DNA of 64,000 nucleotides from Verrucomicrobiota bacterium (GTDB lineage: Bacteria > Verrucomicrobiota > Verrucomicrobiia > Palsa-1439), in assembly GCA_003164675.1 (NCBI GenBank), contig PLTX01000034.1, forward strand, positions 9,680 to 73,679, written 5' to 3'. Position numbers and translations under genes: made by a program. A model generated the notes under the pieces. The model worked only from the letters and a program-made list of their open reading frames with translations. It did no database searches and was not told the DNA's origin. This document shows, one piece after another, positions 27,985-37,660 of this stretch (the stretch's first letter is position 1; the number at the start of each line of letters is the position of its first letter).

Positions 27985-28074
27985 GTCATTCTGAGCGGAG
28001 CGAAGAATCTCAGTCGTTGAACTGATGGACAAAACGGCGAACAACAGAGACCCTTCGCTGCGCTCAGGGTGACA
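27985..28074. repeat. MITE-like element family B, second copy, filling the nuoI-nuoJ spacer
   Basis: gtcattctgagcggagcgaagaatctcagtcgtt...agagacccttcgctgcgctcagggtgaca. Confidence 0.65.
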
Positions 28075-28084
28075 ACGTAAAGAG

Positions 28085-28585
28085 ATGAACATGTACGACA
28101 TACTGTTCTGGTTTTTCAGCATCGCGATGCTGGTGTGCGGGTTGTTGGTGATTGCCAACCGCAATCCCGTCGCCAGCGCGCTGTTTCTCGTGCTGCTGTT
28201 TGTGTTCCTAGCCGGTCTGTTTGTCCTGCTCGAAGCGTTCTTCATCGCGGCGATCCAGGTGCTGGTGTATGCGGGCGCGATCATGGTGTTGTTCCTGTTC
28301 GTCATCATGTTGCTGGATATCAAGGCCAGCGAGCGCCGAAAGTTCCGGGCACTCGGTGTCGTTGGCGGAATCGCGGTGGCCGTGGCGTTCGTGTGGGAAT
28401 TGGTGATCATCCTCACCCGACCGCTGAAACCCCTGGCCACCGGCGGCGACGAACTGAGCGGCGGTCTGGAGCAGGTCGTCAAACCGCTGTTTGCCAATTA
28501 TATGTTGCCATTCGAGGTGACGGCGCTGCTGCTGCTGGTGGCGATGATCGGCGTGGTCTTGCTTTCCAAGAGGGAACTCAAGTGA
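28085..28585 (+). CDS. nuoJ: NADH-quinone oxidoreductase subunit J
   Basis: 166 aa polytopic membrane protein in the nuo gene order. Confidence 0.8.
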   Translation: MNMYDILFWFFSIAMLVCGLLVIANRNPVASALFLVLLFVFLAGLFVLLEAFFIAAIQVLVYAGAIMVLFLFVIMLLDIKASERRKFRALGVVGGIAVAVAFVWELVIILTRPLKPLATGGDELSGGLEQVVKPLFANYMLPFEVTALLLLVAMIGVVLLSKRELK

Positions 28586-28893
28586 CCAGCGCGATCACCC
28601 TCAATGATTATCTGATCGTCAGCGGATTGCTGTTCGCGCTCGGGATCGCCGGCGTGATCATCCGTCGCAATGCGCTCGTTATCTACATGGCGCTGGAGAT
28701 GAACCTCAATGCGGCGAATCTCGCGCTCATCGCGTTTTCCAAATTCAACAAGCTGGTCGAGGGCCAAATTCTGGTGTTCTTCGTCATTGCCATCGCGGCA
28801 GCGGAAGTCGCGGTCGGTTTGGCAATCATCGTGGCATTGTACCGCCGGAAACAAACCATCAGCGTGGACCAACTGACGACAATGCGGCTATGA
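28582..28893 (+). CDS. nuoK: NADH-quinone oxidoreductase subunit K
   Basis: GTGA overlap with nuoJ. LNDYLIVSGLLFALGIAGVIIRRNALVIYMALEMNLNAANLALIAFS is the typical NuoK sequence. Confidence 0.85.
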   Translation: MTSAITLNDYLIVSGLLFALGIAGVIIRRNALVIYMALEMNLNAANLALIAFSKFNKLVEGQILVFFVIAIAAAEVAVGLAIIVALYRRKQTISVDQLTTMRL

Positions 28894-30779
28894 ATCACTT
28901 GATCTACCTGTACGGCACCGACTGGGGCATGGGACAGTTTCCCATCTGCTCAGTTTGGATGATTCTTTTCACCCCGCTGGTGGCCGCCGCGCTGATTACG
29001 TTGCTCACAGGAAGGCAGAAAGGGCTGAGCGCCGCGTTGTCCATCGGCGCCATCTTGATTTCCTTCGCATTGTCGCTACGGCTGTTCCTGCTGTTTGCCC
29101 TCAAAGGCATCCAGCACCACCCGCATCCGATCCAGTGGCTTGTCGTAGGCAACACGGTTCGCATCAATTTCGGGATGACAACCGATGCGCTGGCTTTGTT
29201 GATGTTGCTGGTTGTCACCGGCGTTGGGTCGGCGATTCACATCTATTCGCTCGGCTACATGAAAGGCGACCCCGGCTTCTCGCGGTTCTTCGCCTGCATG
29301 TCGCTGTTCACTTTTTCGATGCTGGGGATCGTGATTTCGAGCAACTTCATCCAGATCTTCATCTTTTGGGAACTGGTCGGCGTGAGCAGCTATCTGCTGA
29401 TCGGTTACTGGTTCGAGAGACCCAGCGCCGCCGACGCCGGCAACAAAGCGTTTCTCACCACGCGCATCGGCGACGTCGGAATGATGCTGGGCATTCTGCT
29501 GCTCTGGTCGCATGCGCACACGTTCGAATTCACCGAATTGAAGGCGAAACTGCCGACGCTCGGTTTGCCGGTTGGCACCCTGGCGCTGATCGGCGCGTTG
29601 ATTTTCGCCGGCGCGGTGGGCAAGAGCGCGCAGGTGCCGTTGCACGTCTGGTTGCCGGATGCGATGGAAGGCCCGACACCCGTCAGCGCGCTCATTCATG
29701 CCGCAACGATGGTGGCAGCGGGCGTGTATATGCTCTGCCGCATCTCGTGGCTGATTCTGCCGAGTCAAACGGCCTTGTGGCTCATCGCCTGGATCGGCGC
29801 AATCACGGCGCTCATGGCGGCGACGATTGCCATCGCCCAGAACGACATCAAACGCATCCTGGCCTATTCGACGCTCTCGCAGCTCGGCTACATGGTGATG
29901 GCCGTCGGTCTCGGCGGGCCGACGCAGGCGATGTTTCATCTCACGACGCACGCGTTCTTCAAGGCGCTGCTATTCCTCGGCGCGGGCAGCGTGATCATCG
30001 CGCTGCACCACGAACAGGACATCTGGAAAATGGGCGGGTTGTGGAAGAAGACGCCGATCACGTTCTGGACATTCCTGATCGGCACGCTGGCCCTGGCTGG
30101 CGTGCCGCCGTTGAGCGGGTTTTACAGCAAGGACGAGATCTTGCTGCTGGCCATTGAGCGCAATCCGATGCTGTTTGTCATGGCCGTCGCGACGGCGTTT
30201 CTGACCGCCTACTACATGGGTCGCGAGGTGTTCGTGGTGTTCTTCGGCAAACCGCGCGACTACCACGCGTACGACCACGCGCAGGAATCGCCCTGGGTGA
30301 TGACGCTGCCGCTGATATTCCTGGCGGCGCTCTCGATTGTCGCCGGCTGGTACAGCAAAGTGCCCGACTTCCTCGGGCCGCCGCATGAAGCCCAGCGCCA
30401 TTCCTCATTGTTGACGGGCGGCCTGATCCTCGTGCCGTTGTTCGGTTTCCTTGTCGCGGCGAAGATTTATTGGAAGGCCGAACCGAGCGACGCGCCCGTG
30501 AAAGTCGCGCTCGGCAACCTCTGGACGCTGGTCGAGAACAAATACTATTTCGACGAGTTGTATCACTGGATCATCCAATACGTGCAGGGCACGATTGCGA
30601 TTGTATGTGATGTCTTCGACCGCTGGATACTTCAGCGGCTCGGCATCGGCGGCCTGTCGGTCGGCACGGGCCTGCTCGGGCGCACCGTGCGCCTCCTGCA
30701 AACCGGCAGCATCTCCGGCTACGCCTTCCTCATCGGCCTCGGCGTGACGGTAATTATTTATTATGCGGTGGTGAGGTGA
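28890..30779 (+). CDS. nuoL: NADH-quinone oxidoreductase subunit L
   Basis: 629 aa antiporter-like subunit (WLPDAMEGPTPVSALIHAATMV). Confidence 0.9.
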   Translation: MNHLIYLYGTDWGMGQFPICSVWMILFTPLVAAALITLLTGRQKGLSAALSIGAILISFALSLRLFLLFALKGIQHHPHPIQWLVVGNTVRINFGMTTDALALLMLLVVTGVGSAIHIYSLGYMKGDPGFSRFFACMSLFTFSMLGIVISSNFIQIFIFWELVGVSSYLLIGYWFERPSAADAGNKAFLTTRIGDVGMMLGILLLWSHAHTFEFTELKAKLPTLGLPVGTLALIGALIFAGAVGKSAQVPLHVWLPDAMEGPTPVSALIHAATMVAAGVYMLCRISWLILPSQTALWLIAWIGAITALMAATIAIAQNDIKRILAYSTLSQLGYMVMAVGLGGPTQAMFHLTTHAFFKALLFLGAGSVIIALHHEQDIWKMGGLWKKTPITFWTFLIGTLALAGVPPLSGFYSKDEILLLAIERNPMLFVMAVATAFLTAYYMGREVFVVFFGKPRDYHAYDHAQESPWVMTLPLIFLAALSIVAGWYSKVPDFLGPPHEAQRHSSLLTGGLILVPLFGFLVAAKIYWKAEPSDAPVKVALGNLWTLVENKYYFDELYHWIIQYVQGTIAIVCDVFDRWILQRLGIGGLSVGTGLLGRTVRLLQTGSISGYAFLIGLGVTVIIYYAVVR

Positions 30780-32332
30780 TGGCGCAACTTCTCACCATCG
30801 CCGTCCTGCTCCCGCTGATTGCGGCGTTTGTGTTGTTCCTGTTTCCGGCGAACAACCCGAAGGCGATTCGGGCGCTGGCGATCTTTGCCACGGGCGTGTC
30901 GCTGCTGATCACGCTAACGCTGTTTGCGGGGTTTGACCGGACCAAGAGCGGATATCAATTCGTCCACAGTATCCCGTGGCTGCCGAGTTACGGCTGCTCG
31001 CTGAAATTCGGCGTGGACGGCATTTCGATGACGTTGCTGTTGCTGGTTGGGTTCGTATCGTTTTGCGGATCGTTCATTTCCAGCGAAATCCACGAGCGCG
31101 AGAAGGAGTACTACATTCTGTTTCTCGTGTTGACGACGGGCATTAGCGGGACGTTCGCGACGATGGACCTGTTTTTCTTCTATTTCTTCTACGAGCTGGC
31201 GGTGATCCCGATGTACCTGTTGATCGGCATGTGGGGATCGCTGCCGCCGGGCAAGCATGGGCGCACGAAAGAGTACGCAACGATGAAGTTGACGCTGTAT
31301 CTGACGGCGGGCGCGGTGCTGGCGTTGATCGGGCTGCTGGGCATCTACTTCGTGGGCGGCACCTTGGACATCGAGCGGTTGCAGCACAACATCTGGTTGG
31401 CGCGGAGCACTCAAATGTGGGCGTTCCCGTGTTTGCTGTTCGGATTCGGCTTCCTGGCGTCGATGTGGCCGTTTCACACTTGGTCGCCGCTCGGATACGC
31501 CGCCGCGCCGACCGCGGCTTCGATGATGCACGCGGGCGTGCTGAAAAAGCTCGGCGCGTACGGCATCATTCGGCTGGCGCTGCCGCTCCTGCCCGAAGGC
31601 GCGCGGCATTGGGCCAATCTCCTCGCGATCCTGGCGTGTTTCAACATTCTGTATGCCGGCTGGGCGGCGTTGACCCAGAAGGACTGGAAATTCGTCATCG
31701 GCTACAGCTCGGTGAGCCACATGGGTTACGTGTTACTGGGAATCGCCACGCTGAACGTCGTCGGCGTAAGCGGGGCGGTGCTGCTGATGTTTGCGCATGG
31801 GGTGATGGCGGCGCTGACGTTCTCGTTGATCGGCTTTTTTTACCATCAGACGCACAATCGGTTCGTGCCCGACCTCAGCGGGCTCGCGCGCAAGATTCCG
31901 TTCATCGGCACGTGCATGGTGATGGCGGTGATGGCGTCGAGCGGGTTGCCCGGCTTTGCCAATTTCGCCAGCGAAGTGTTGGTATTCCTGGGTTCGTGGC
32001 AGCAGGGATCGACGCTGTTTCGCGTGGCGACAATCTGCGCCGTGTGGGGCATTGTCGTGACGGCGACCTACCTGCTGCGGGCGGTGCGGACGAGTTTCTT
32101 CGGGCCGTTCGATGAGAAATGGTCGATGCTCAAGGACGCGGTGACTTTCAAACAGAAGTTCCCGTACGCGTTGCTTCTGGCGGTTTTGTTGACGGTCGGC
32201 TTTTATCCGCGGCTGCTGACGGACATCATCAAACAAAGCGTGGCGACATCCATCGTCAACCGCTTGTCCACGGGTAACGAAGCGAATGCCGCGTCCGCGG
32301 ACACAGCCAACAATGGCAGGACGACGCCATGA
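30776..32332 (+). CDS. nuoM: NADH-quinone oxidoreductase subunit M
   Basis: 518 aa antiporter-like subunit. Overlaps nuoL by 4 nt. Confidence 0.9.
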   Translation: MMAQLLTIAVLLPLIAAFVLFLFPANNPKAIRALAIFATGVSLLITLTLFAGFDRTKSGYQFVHSIPWLPSYGCSLKFGVDGISMTLLLLVGFVSFCGSFISSEIHEREKEYYILFLVLTTGISGTFATMDLFFFYFFYELAVIPMYLLIGMWGSLPPGKHGRTKEYATMKLTLYLTAGAVLALIGLLGIYFVGGTLDIERLQHNIWLARSTQMWAFPCLLFGFGFLASMWPFHTWSPLGYAAAPTAASMMHAGVLKKLGAYGIIRLALPLLPEGARHWANLLAILACFNILYAGWAALTQKDWKFVIGYSSVSHMGYVLLGIATLNVVGVSGAVLLMFAHGVMAALTFSLIGFFYHQTHNRFVPDLSGLARKIPFIGTCMVMAVMASSGLPGFANFASEVLVFLGSWQQGSTLFRVATICAVWGIVVTATYLLRAVRTSFFGPFDEKWSMLKDAVTFKQKFPYALLLAVLLTVGFYPRLLTDIIKQSVATSIVNRLSTGNEANAASADTANNGRTTP

Positions 32333-33780
32333 TGAGCCTGTATGCCATCCAGTTGGAGTGCCTGATCTCGATCTGGGGAATCCTGATTCTGCTCGTGGAT
32401 GCGTTCAAGCCGATCCCGAACAAGCGGACAGTGGGATATCTGGCGGCCGGGTTCGTAGCCGTGGCGCTGCTGTACAGTTTTGCGATGCAGCCTGTGCCGG
32501 ACACATTCTTTCATGGGATGTTCCGCCTCGACCCGTTCGCGTTGTATTTCAAGCGGCTGTTCCTGTTGGCGCTGGCGGCGGTGCTCCTGATGGCAGCGGA
32601 GTTTTCGCCGCGCATCGAATCGGGCGTGGCCGAATTCTATGCGCTGCTGATGTTCTGCGCGGTGGGAATGCTGCTGATCGCGTCCGTGAATGATTTCATC
32701 CTGCTGTTCGTGTCGCTGGAGTTGGTCACCATTACGTTCTACGTGCTCGCGAGCTATCTGCGGCGGCAGATCCCGTCCCTGGAAGCAGGAACGAAATACC
32801 TGATCCTCGGCGCGCTCTCCAGCGGGTTCACGGTGTACGGCATCGCCTACATCTTCGGGACGACCGGCACGACGAACTTCGACAAACTCGCCGAGATTCT
32901 CAACTCCCAGACGGGACCGCCGGCCTCGGCGTTCATTTTCGGCATGTTGCTGGTGTTGACCGGTCTCGGATTCAAGATTGCCAGCGTCCCGTTCCAGGTT
33001 TGGGCGCCGGATGTGTACCAGGGCGCGCCAACGCCCGTGACGGCATTTCTCGCCGTGGGCAGCAAGGCGGCGGGGTTTGCGCTGCTGTTGCGTGTCTTGT
33101 ACACAGGACTGCTCCCCGTGAGCCTGTCCTGGAACGCGCTGATTGCCGTCCTCGCAGGCGCGACCCTGCTCTATGGAAATCTGGGCGCCATTCCGCAGCA
33201 TAATATCAAGCGACTGCTGGGCTATTCGTCGATCGGACACGCGGGCTACATGCTGATGGGGGTCGCGGCGGTCAACGCGCTTGGCGCGGGCGCGGTGCTG
33301 TTCTACCTGGGCCAATACGCCTTCACCAATCTCTGCGCGTTCCTGGCGATCATCGCGGTGACGGCGGCGACGGGCAGCGATGAAATCCCCAGTTTCTCGG
33401 GTCTCGGCAAACGCTCGCCGATTCTCGGCCTGGCGTTGTTCCTGTCGATGATGTCGTTGGCAGGCATCCCGCCGTTGAGCGGGTTTTTCGGCAAGTTCCA
33501 GTTGTTCGCCGCAGTGGTCCAACGGGCGCAGACGGATTCGAAGTATTATGTGCTGGCGGCCATTGGCGCCGTGGCGGTGGTCATCTCGCTGTACTTTTAT
33601 CTCGGCGTGGGGCGCGCGATTTACCTGCAGGAGGCCGAGGACGCCACGCCGATCGTTGTCAGCAAACCGATGCGGTTCGGGTTGGTCGTGTGCATGGTGG
33701 CGATGATCGGGATCGGGATTTTCCAGCGTCCGCTGGTTCACGCGTCGATAATGGCTGCAAAGGTCTTTTCCTTGCATTAG
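32329..33780 (+). CDS. nuoN: NADH-quinone oxidoreductase subunit N
   Basis: 483 aa antiporter-like subunit (FQVWAPDVYQGAPTPVTAFL). Confidence 0.9.
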   Translation: MMSLYAIQLECLISIWGILILLVDAFKPIPNKRTVGYLAAGFVAVALLYSFAMQPVPDTFFHGMFRLDPFALYFKRLFLLALAAVLLMAAEFSPRIESGVAEFYALLMFCAVGMLLIASVNDFILLFVSLELVTITFYVLASYLRRQIPSLEAGTKYLILGALSSGFTVYGIAYIFGTTGTTNFDKLAEILNSQTGPPASAFIFGMLLVLTGLGFKIASVPFQVWAPDVYQGAPTPVTAFLAVGSKAAGFALLLRVLYTGLLPVSLSWNALIAVLAGATLLYGNLGAIPQHNIKRLLGYSSIGHAGYMLMGVAAVNALGAGAVLFYLGQYAFTNLCAFLAIIAVTAATGSDEIPSFSGLGKRSPILGLALFLSMMSLAGIPPLSGFFGKFQLFAAVVQRAQTDSKYYVLAAIGAVAVVISLYFYLGVGRAIYLQEAEDATPIVVSKPMRFGLVVCMVAMIGIGIFQRPLVHASIMAAKVFSLH

Positions 33781-33844
33781 AGTTGGGCCGTGAAACGGAA
33801 GACGGATCCATCAACGTTCAACGTTGAGAGCTAAGGAGGGTTCC

Positions 33845-35254
33845 ATGACCACACGCATCGAAAAAGATTCCATGGGTCCGCTGGAAGTGCCGGCGGACGC
33901 GTATTACGGCGTCCAGACGCAGCGGGCGGTGACGAATTTTCCCATTAGCGGCTGGCCGTTGCCGCCGCGGCTCATCCACGCGATGGGCCGCATCAAACGC
34001 GCCGCGGCAAAGACCAACCTCGAACTCGGCCTGATCGACAAGAAAGTGTCCGATGCCATCGTGCAGGCGGCGACGGAAGTGGTCGACGGCAAGCTTGATC
34101 CCCAGTTTCCCGTGGACATTTTCCAGACGGGATCGGGCACGTCGACGAACATGAACACCAACGAGGTGATCGCCAGCCGGGCCAACGAAATCCTCGGCGG
34201 CAAACGCGGCGATAAATCGCCGGTTCATCCCAACGACCACGTCAATCTCTGCCAATCCAGCAACGATGTGTTTCCGACGGCGATCCACATCAGCGTGATC
34301 GCAGCCATTCATGAAGAGTTGCTGCCCGCGCTGCAACATTTACAGGAAGCGCTGGCGGAGAAGGCGGGCGAATTTGACAATGTGATGAAGATTGGCCGCA
34401 CGCATTTGCAGGACGCCACGCCGATTCGGCTCGGGCAGGAATTTTCCGGGTATGCGGCGCAACTGACGTATGCGTACGAACGCGCCGAGGAGGCGATCGA
34501 GACGCTCGACACACTGCCGCTCGGCGGAACGGCGGTCGGGACGGGATTGAACGCCCATCCGGAGTTTGCGAAGCGGACGATCGAGAAACTGTCCCGGGAA
34601 CTGGGGATTCCGCTGCACGAAGAGCACAACCACTTCGAAGCGGCGGCGACGCGTGACGCGTGCGTGGCGGCGAGCGGCCGGTTGAAAACCATCGCGGTGA
34701 GTCTCGCGAAGATCGCCAATGACATTCGGCTGCTCGGCAGCGGGCCGCGATGCGGGATCGGCGAGTTGAAGATTCCGCCCGTGCAACCCGGCAGTTCGAT
34801 CATGCCCGGCAAGGTCAACCCGGTGATTGCGGAAAGCCTGATTCAGGTGTGTCTGTGGGTCATCGGCGCGGACGTATCGATCACGCTTGGCGGATTGCAG
34901 AGTTTCTTCGAGTTGAACGTGGCGATGCCACTCATCGGCGCGCAGATGCTGGAGAGCGTCCATCTGCTGGCAGCGGGGTCGCGCAATTTCGCCGATGCGT
35001 GCGTAAAGGGCATCGAAGCTGATCGCGAACGGTGCGAATCGCTCGTCGAACAAAGCCTCGCCATGTGCACGCCGCTCGCGCCTGTGATTGGGTACGACAA
35101 AGCCGCCGAGATCGCCAAGAAAGCTTACAAGGAAGGCAAGACCGTCCGCGAAGTCGCCCGCGAAGTTTCGGGATTGAGCGAGAAACAGCTCGACGAGATT
35201 TTCAACCTGCGCGCGCTGACGGAGCCGGGAATTCGCGGCAAGGGCGGGGAGTGA
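33845..35254 (+). CDS. fumC: Class II fumarate hydratase / aspartate ammonia-lyase family lyase (FumC-like)
   Basis: GSSIMPGKVNP signature, GRTHLQDATPIRLGQEF, GSGTSTNMNTNEV. An AGGAGG lies 7 nt upstream of the ATG at 33845, so 33824 is rejected. FumC versus AspA cannot be settled without alignment. Confidence 0.75.
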   Translation: MTTRIEKDSMGPLEVPADAYYGVQTQRAVTNFPISGWPLPPRLIHAMGRIKRAAAKTNLELGLIDKKVSDAIVQAATEVVDGKLDPQFPVDIFQTGSGTSTNMNTNEVIASRANEILGGKRGDKSPVHPNDHVNLCQSSNDVFPTAIHISVIAAIHEELLPALQHLQEALAEKAGEFDNVMKIGRTHLQDATPIRLGQEFSGYAAQLTYAYERAEEAIETLDTLPLGGTAVGTGLNAHPEFAKRTIEKLSRELGIPLHEEHNHFEAAATRDACVAASGRLKTIAVSLAKIANDIRLLGSGPRCGIGELKIPPVQPGSSIMPGKVNPVIAESLIQVCLWVIGADVSITLGGLQSFFELNVAMPLIGAQMLESVHLLAAGSRNFADACVKGIEADRERCESLVEQSLAMCTPLAPVIGYDKAAEIAKKAYKEGKTVREVAREVSGLSEKQLDEIFNLRALTEPGIRGKGGE

Positions 35255-35517
35255 GTGCCGACGATTCAAAAAACGACCTTGTGCTGCTGAAGCTCAAAGG
35301 CAAAGACATGCCGTTCTTGCCGCTCGGCGACAGTGACAACATCGAAGCCGGTATTCTGCAGGCGGTCGATAAGACCAACAAGCGACTGAAAGAATAGCCA
35401 GATTCGCTGAGCGGCGGGATGGGGAGGTCTACGGTCGGTGGCGGTGCGGGGTCGAGAGACCTTCACACAACCGAGGGCTTGTGAATTCACCGCACTCTTT
35501 GTAGTTTATCTTGCGTC

Positions 35518-35838
35518 ATGGTCAGGCGGCGGCAAATTCGGGCGTATGCGGCGGAGATCGCGCGGGAGTTTCGTCCGCGGCGGATCATCCTGTTTGGTTC
35601 TTACGCCTACGGAAGACCGACTCGTGACTCGGACGTGGATTTGTTGGTGATCATGCCGCACAAGGGGTGTGGTGCCGACAAAGCCACGGAGATTCGCCTG
35701 AGGGTGCGCGCGCCGTTCCCGATGGACTTGCTTGTGCGCTCGCCGCAGAAGATTCGTCAGCGACTGGCATGGGGTGACTGCTTCGTTCAGGAAGTTCTCG
35801 ACAGGGGCGAGGTTCTTTATGAAGGCAGCCACCGCTGA
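35518..35838 (+). CDS. Nucleotidyltransferase (MNT-type) antitoxin-like protein
   Basis: RIILFGSYAYGRPTRDSDVDLLV is the minimal nucleotidyltransferase motif (GS...D.D). Confidence 0.65.
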   Translation: MVRRRQIRAYAAEIAREFRPRRIILFGSYAYGRPTRDSDVDLLVIMPHKGCGADKATEIRLRVRAPFPMDLLVRSPQKIRQRLAWGDCFVQEVLDRGEVLYEGSHR

Positions 35839-36283
35839 GTGGGTGGAGAAGGCGGAGGGCGATTTTCGTTCTGCCCAGCGAGAGCTGCGTGTTCGCAGTC
35901 GTCCGAACCATGATCTGGTGTGTTTTCTCTGTCAGCAGTGCTCCGAGAAATATCTCAAGGGGCTGTTGACGGAAGCGAGTATTCCGTTTCGCAAGATACA
36001 CGACCTCGAGGAGCTGCTGGACGCGCTGTTGCCCGTTGCGCCTCAGTTGCAGGCGTTTCGCAAAGGTTTGGCTTCACTAACCGATCACGCTGTGGATTTT
36101 CGCTATCCTGGCGAATCGGCCACGGAGGAGGTTGCCAAGAGGGCCTTTGCCAACTGTCGTGCCGTGCGAAAGGAGATTCGGAAGATTCTCGGCTTGGATG
36201 AGCCGCCATCCGCGCAAATGAATCTGCGTATCAAGGAGAAGCGGGCGCGTTACAAGGTGCGCCGCAAGAAGAAGCGGCCGTAA
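35819..36283 (+). CDS. HEPN domain toxin-like protein
   Basis: About 154 aa, overlapping the MNT gene by 20 nt. HEPN-like helices with a conserved RYPGE-type region (HAVDFRYPGESAT). Confidence 0.55.
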   Translation: MKAATAEWVEKAEGDFRSAQRELRVRSRPNHDLVCFLCQQCSEKYLKGLLTEASIPFRKIHDLEELLDALLPVAPQLQAFRKGLASLTDHAVDFRYPGESATEEVAKRAFANCRAVRKEIRKILGLDEPPSAQMNLRIKEKRARYKVRRKKKRP

Positions 36284-36370
36284 CTGAATGCTGCGCCTGA
36301 CTTCTAGGCCCAAAAACATTCGGGTCAAGCCCAGGGTGACAAACACGGTGGAATTGGGCTATAGTGACGG

Positions 36371-36754
36371 GTGACGATGGTCGCGGAAACTCCAACTCAA
36401 GCGGCGCCACGCACCGGCTCGGAGAAGCTGATCAAGCTGACCGAGGCGGCGGGGCGGAAGGTGTCGCAATTGATGCAGCGCGACGGCGTGGCGGATGGCG
36501 CGTTGCGGGTGAAGATCGTCGGGGGCGGGTGCGCGGGGCTGGAGTACAAGATGGATTTCGAGAAGAACCCGGCGACGCCGAAGGACATTCTGATCCAGTC
36601 GGCGGGCGTGCGCGTGCTCGTGGATGTGAAGAGTGCGCTGTATGTGAGCGGGTCGGAGATTGATTTTCAGGACAAGATGATCGGCGGCGGATTCAAGATC
36701 CATAATCCGAATGCGACGGCCACGTGTTCCTGCGGCGAGAGCTTTTCGGTGTAA
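36371..36754 (+). CDS. erpA: Iron-sulfur cluster insertion/assembly protein (HesB/IscA/ErpA family)
   Basis: LRVKIVGGGCAGLEYKMDF...C-terminal CSCGESF (three Cys ligands). Confidence 0.8.
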   Translation: MTMVAETPTQAAPRTGSEKLIKLTEAAGRKVSQLMQRDGVADGALRVKIVGGGCAGLEYKMDFEKNPATPKDILIQSAGVRVLVDVKSALYVSGSEIDFQDKMIGGGFKIHNPNATATCSCGESFSV

Positions 36755-36783
36755 CGAGGGCTTTTTCGAAGGCTTTCGTCAAT

Positions 36784-36804
36784 CTGCGCTTCCTAGAAGC
36801 GCAG
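36784..36804. terminator. Hairpin ctgcgcttc-cta-gaagcgcag between the convergent erpA and downstream membrane-protein gene; candidate bidirectional terminator
   Basis: 9-bp perfect stem with a 3-nt loop. There is no strong U-tract on either side. Confidence 0.35.
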
Positions 36805-37617
36805 CTACAATAAATCGTCCGGTGCGGACGGCGGTTCGGTTTTTCGCATGTGATCGCGGCAGGCACTGGAGGCGCCGACGAGGAAGATCCCATACACGAT
36901 CAGGTAGACCAGCCATAGATTGAGGCTATGAAGGCGCATGGCCGCGTAGGCGGTGACGACGATGGCGGGGGGCGTGCAGGCGTGGATGGCGATGTTCAAC
37001 AATTGCGAGAGTTGCAGTGGCGCGGGCATCGAGCGTTCCATGAGTGATGCCGTTACCGAGAACAAGTAGGCCTGCAGCAGACAAGCGAGCATCCCAAACA
37101 GCACGAGAACCACCCAGCCGATCGGCACGAGCAGCCACAGCACGGCGCGGATCAGATGGCGGAAGTAGTCGCCATTGACCGCGCCGTCCGGAAACCCGCG
37201 GAGGCTCTGCAAGTGCGTGCTGACGGGCGCGGGCGCGTTCGACGGCGTCATCCAGTAGAGAAAACTGTCGGTGGTGAACAGGACGCCGAATGTCGCGTTG
37301 GTGTCGGGAGAGGCGACGGCGCTGGTGGTGTCGAGAATGAAGCGCAAGTTGTTATTGCCCCACGAGGCGGGTTGTGGCGCCTGCGTGATGACTTTCCCGT
37401 CGTGGATGGAAAAGTCCGGCCGGTGGTCATCGAAGAGACGTCCGAATGCATCAATCCCGTCCAGCGCCGCCGGAACGGCGCAGATGGCCAGCACCAGTGC
37501 CAACAGTGCCATCAACTTCACCAGGTGTTTGAGAGAGGTCGTCAGCGGCAAATCCCGGTACGGGCGATAAGCGGCAAACCCGCTGCACAACGCGATAACG
37601 GAACGAAGAAATTTCAT
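36805..37617 (-). CDS. Hypothetical polytopic membrane protein
   Basis: Start MKFLRSVIALCSGFAAYR with multiple TM helices. The ORF opens at 37803 but its Arg/Pro-rich N-terminus looks non-coding. Confidence 0.45.
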   Translation of the reverse strand: MKFLRSVIALCSGFAAYRPYRDLPLTTSLKHLVKLMALLALVLAICAVPAALDGIDAFGRLFDDHRPDFSIHDGKVITQAPQPASWGNNNLRFILDTTSAVASPDTNATFGVLFTTDSFLYWMTPSNAPAPVSTHLQSLRGFPDGAVNGDYFRHLIRAVLWLLVPIGWVVLVLFGMLACLLQAYLFSVTASLMERSMPAPLQLSQLLNIAIHACTPPAIVVTAYAAMRLHSLNLWLVYLIVYGIFLVGASSACRDHMRKTEPPSAPDDLL

Positions 37618-37660
37618 GGATTGGTTTCGGCCCTGGTCAGGACGGTGGCACGCGCGCGGC

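Noticed and set aside
35281-35397. 29-39-aa ORF (..LKLKGKDMPFLPLGDSDNIEAGILQAVDKTNKRLKE) just after fumC
   Set aside because: Too short and no recognisable family. It could be a genuine small protein, but the sequence alone does not support it.
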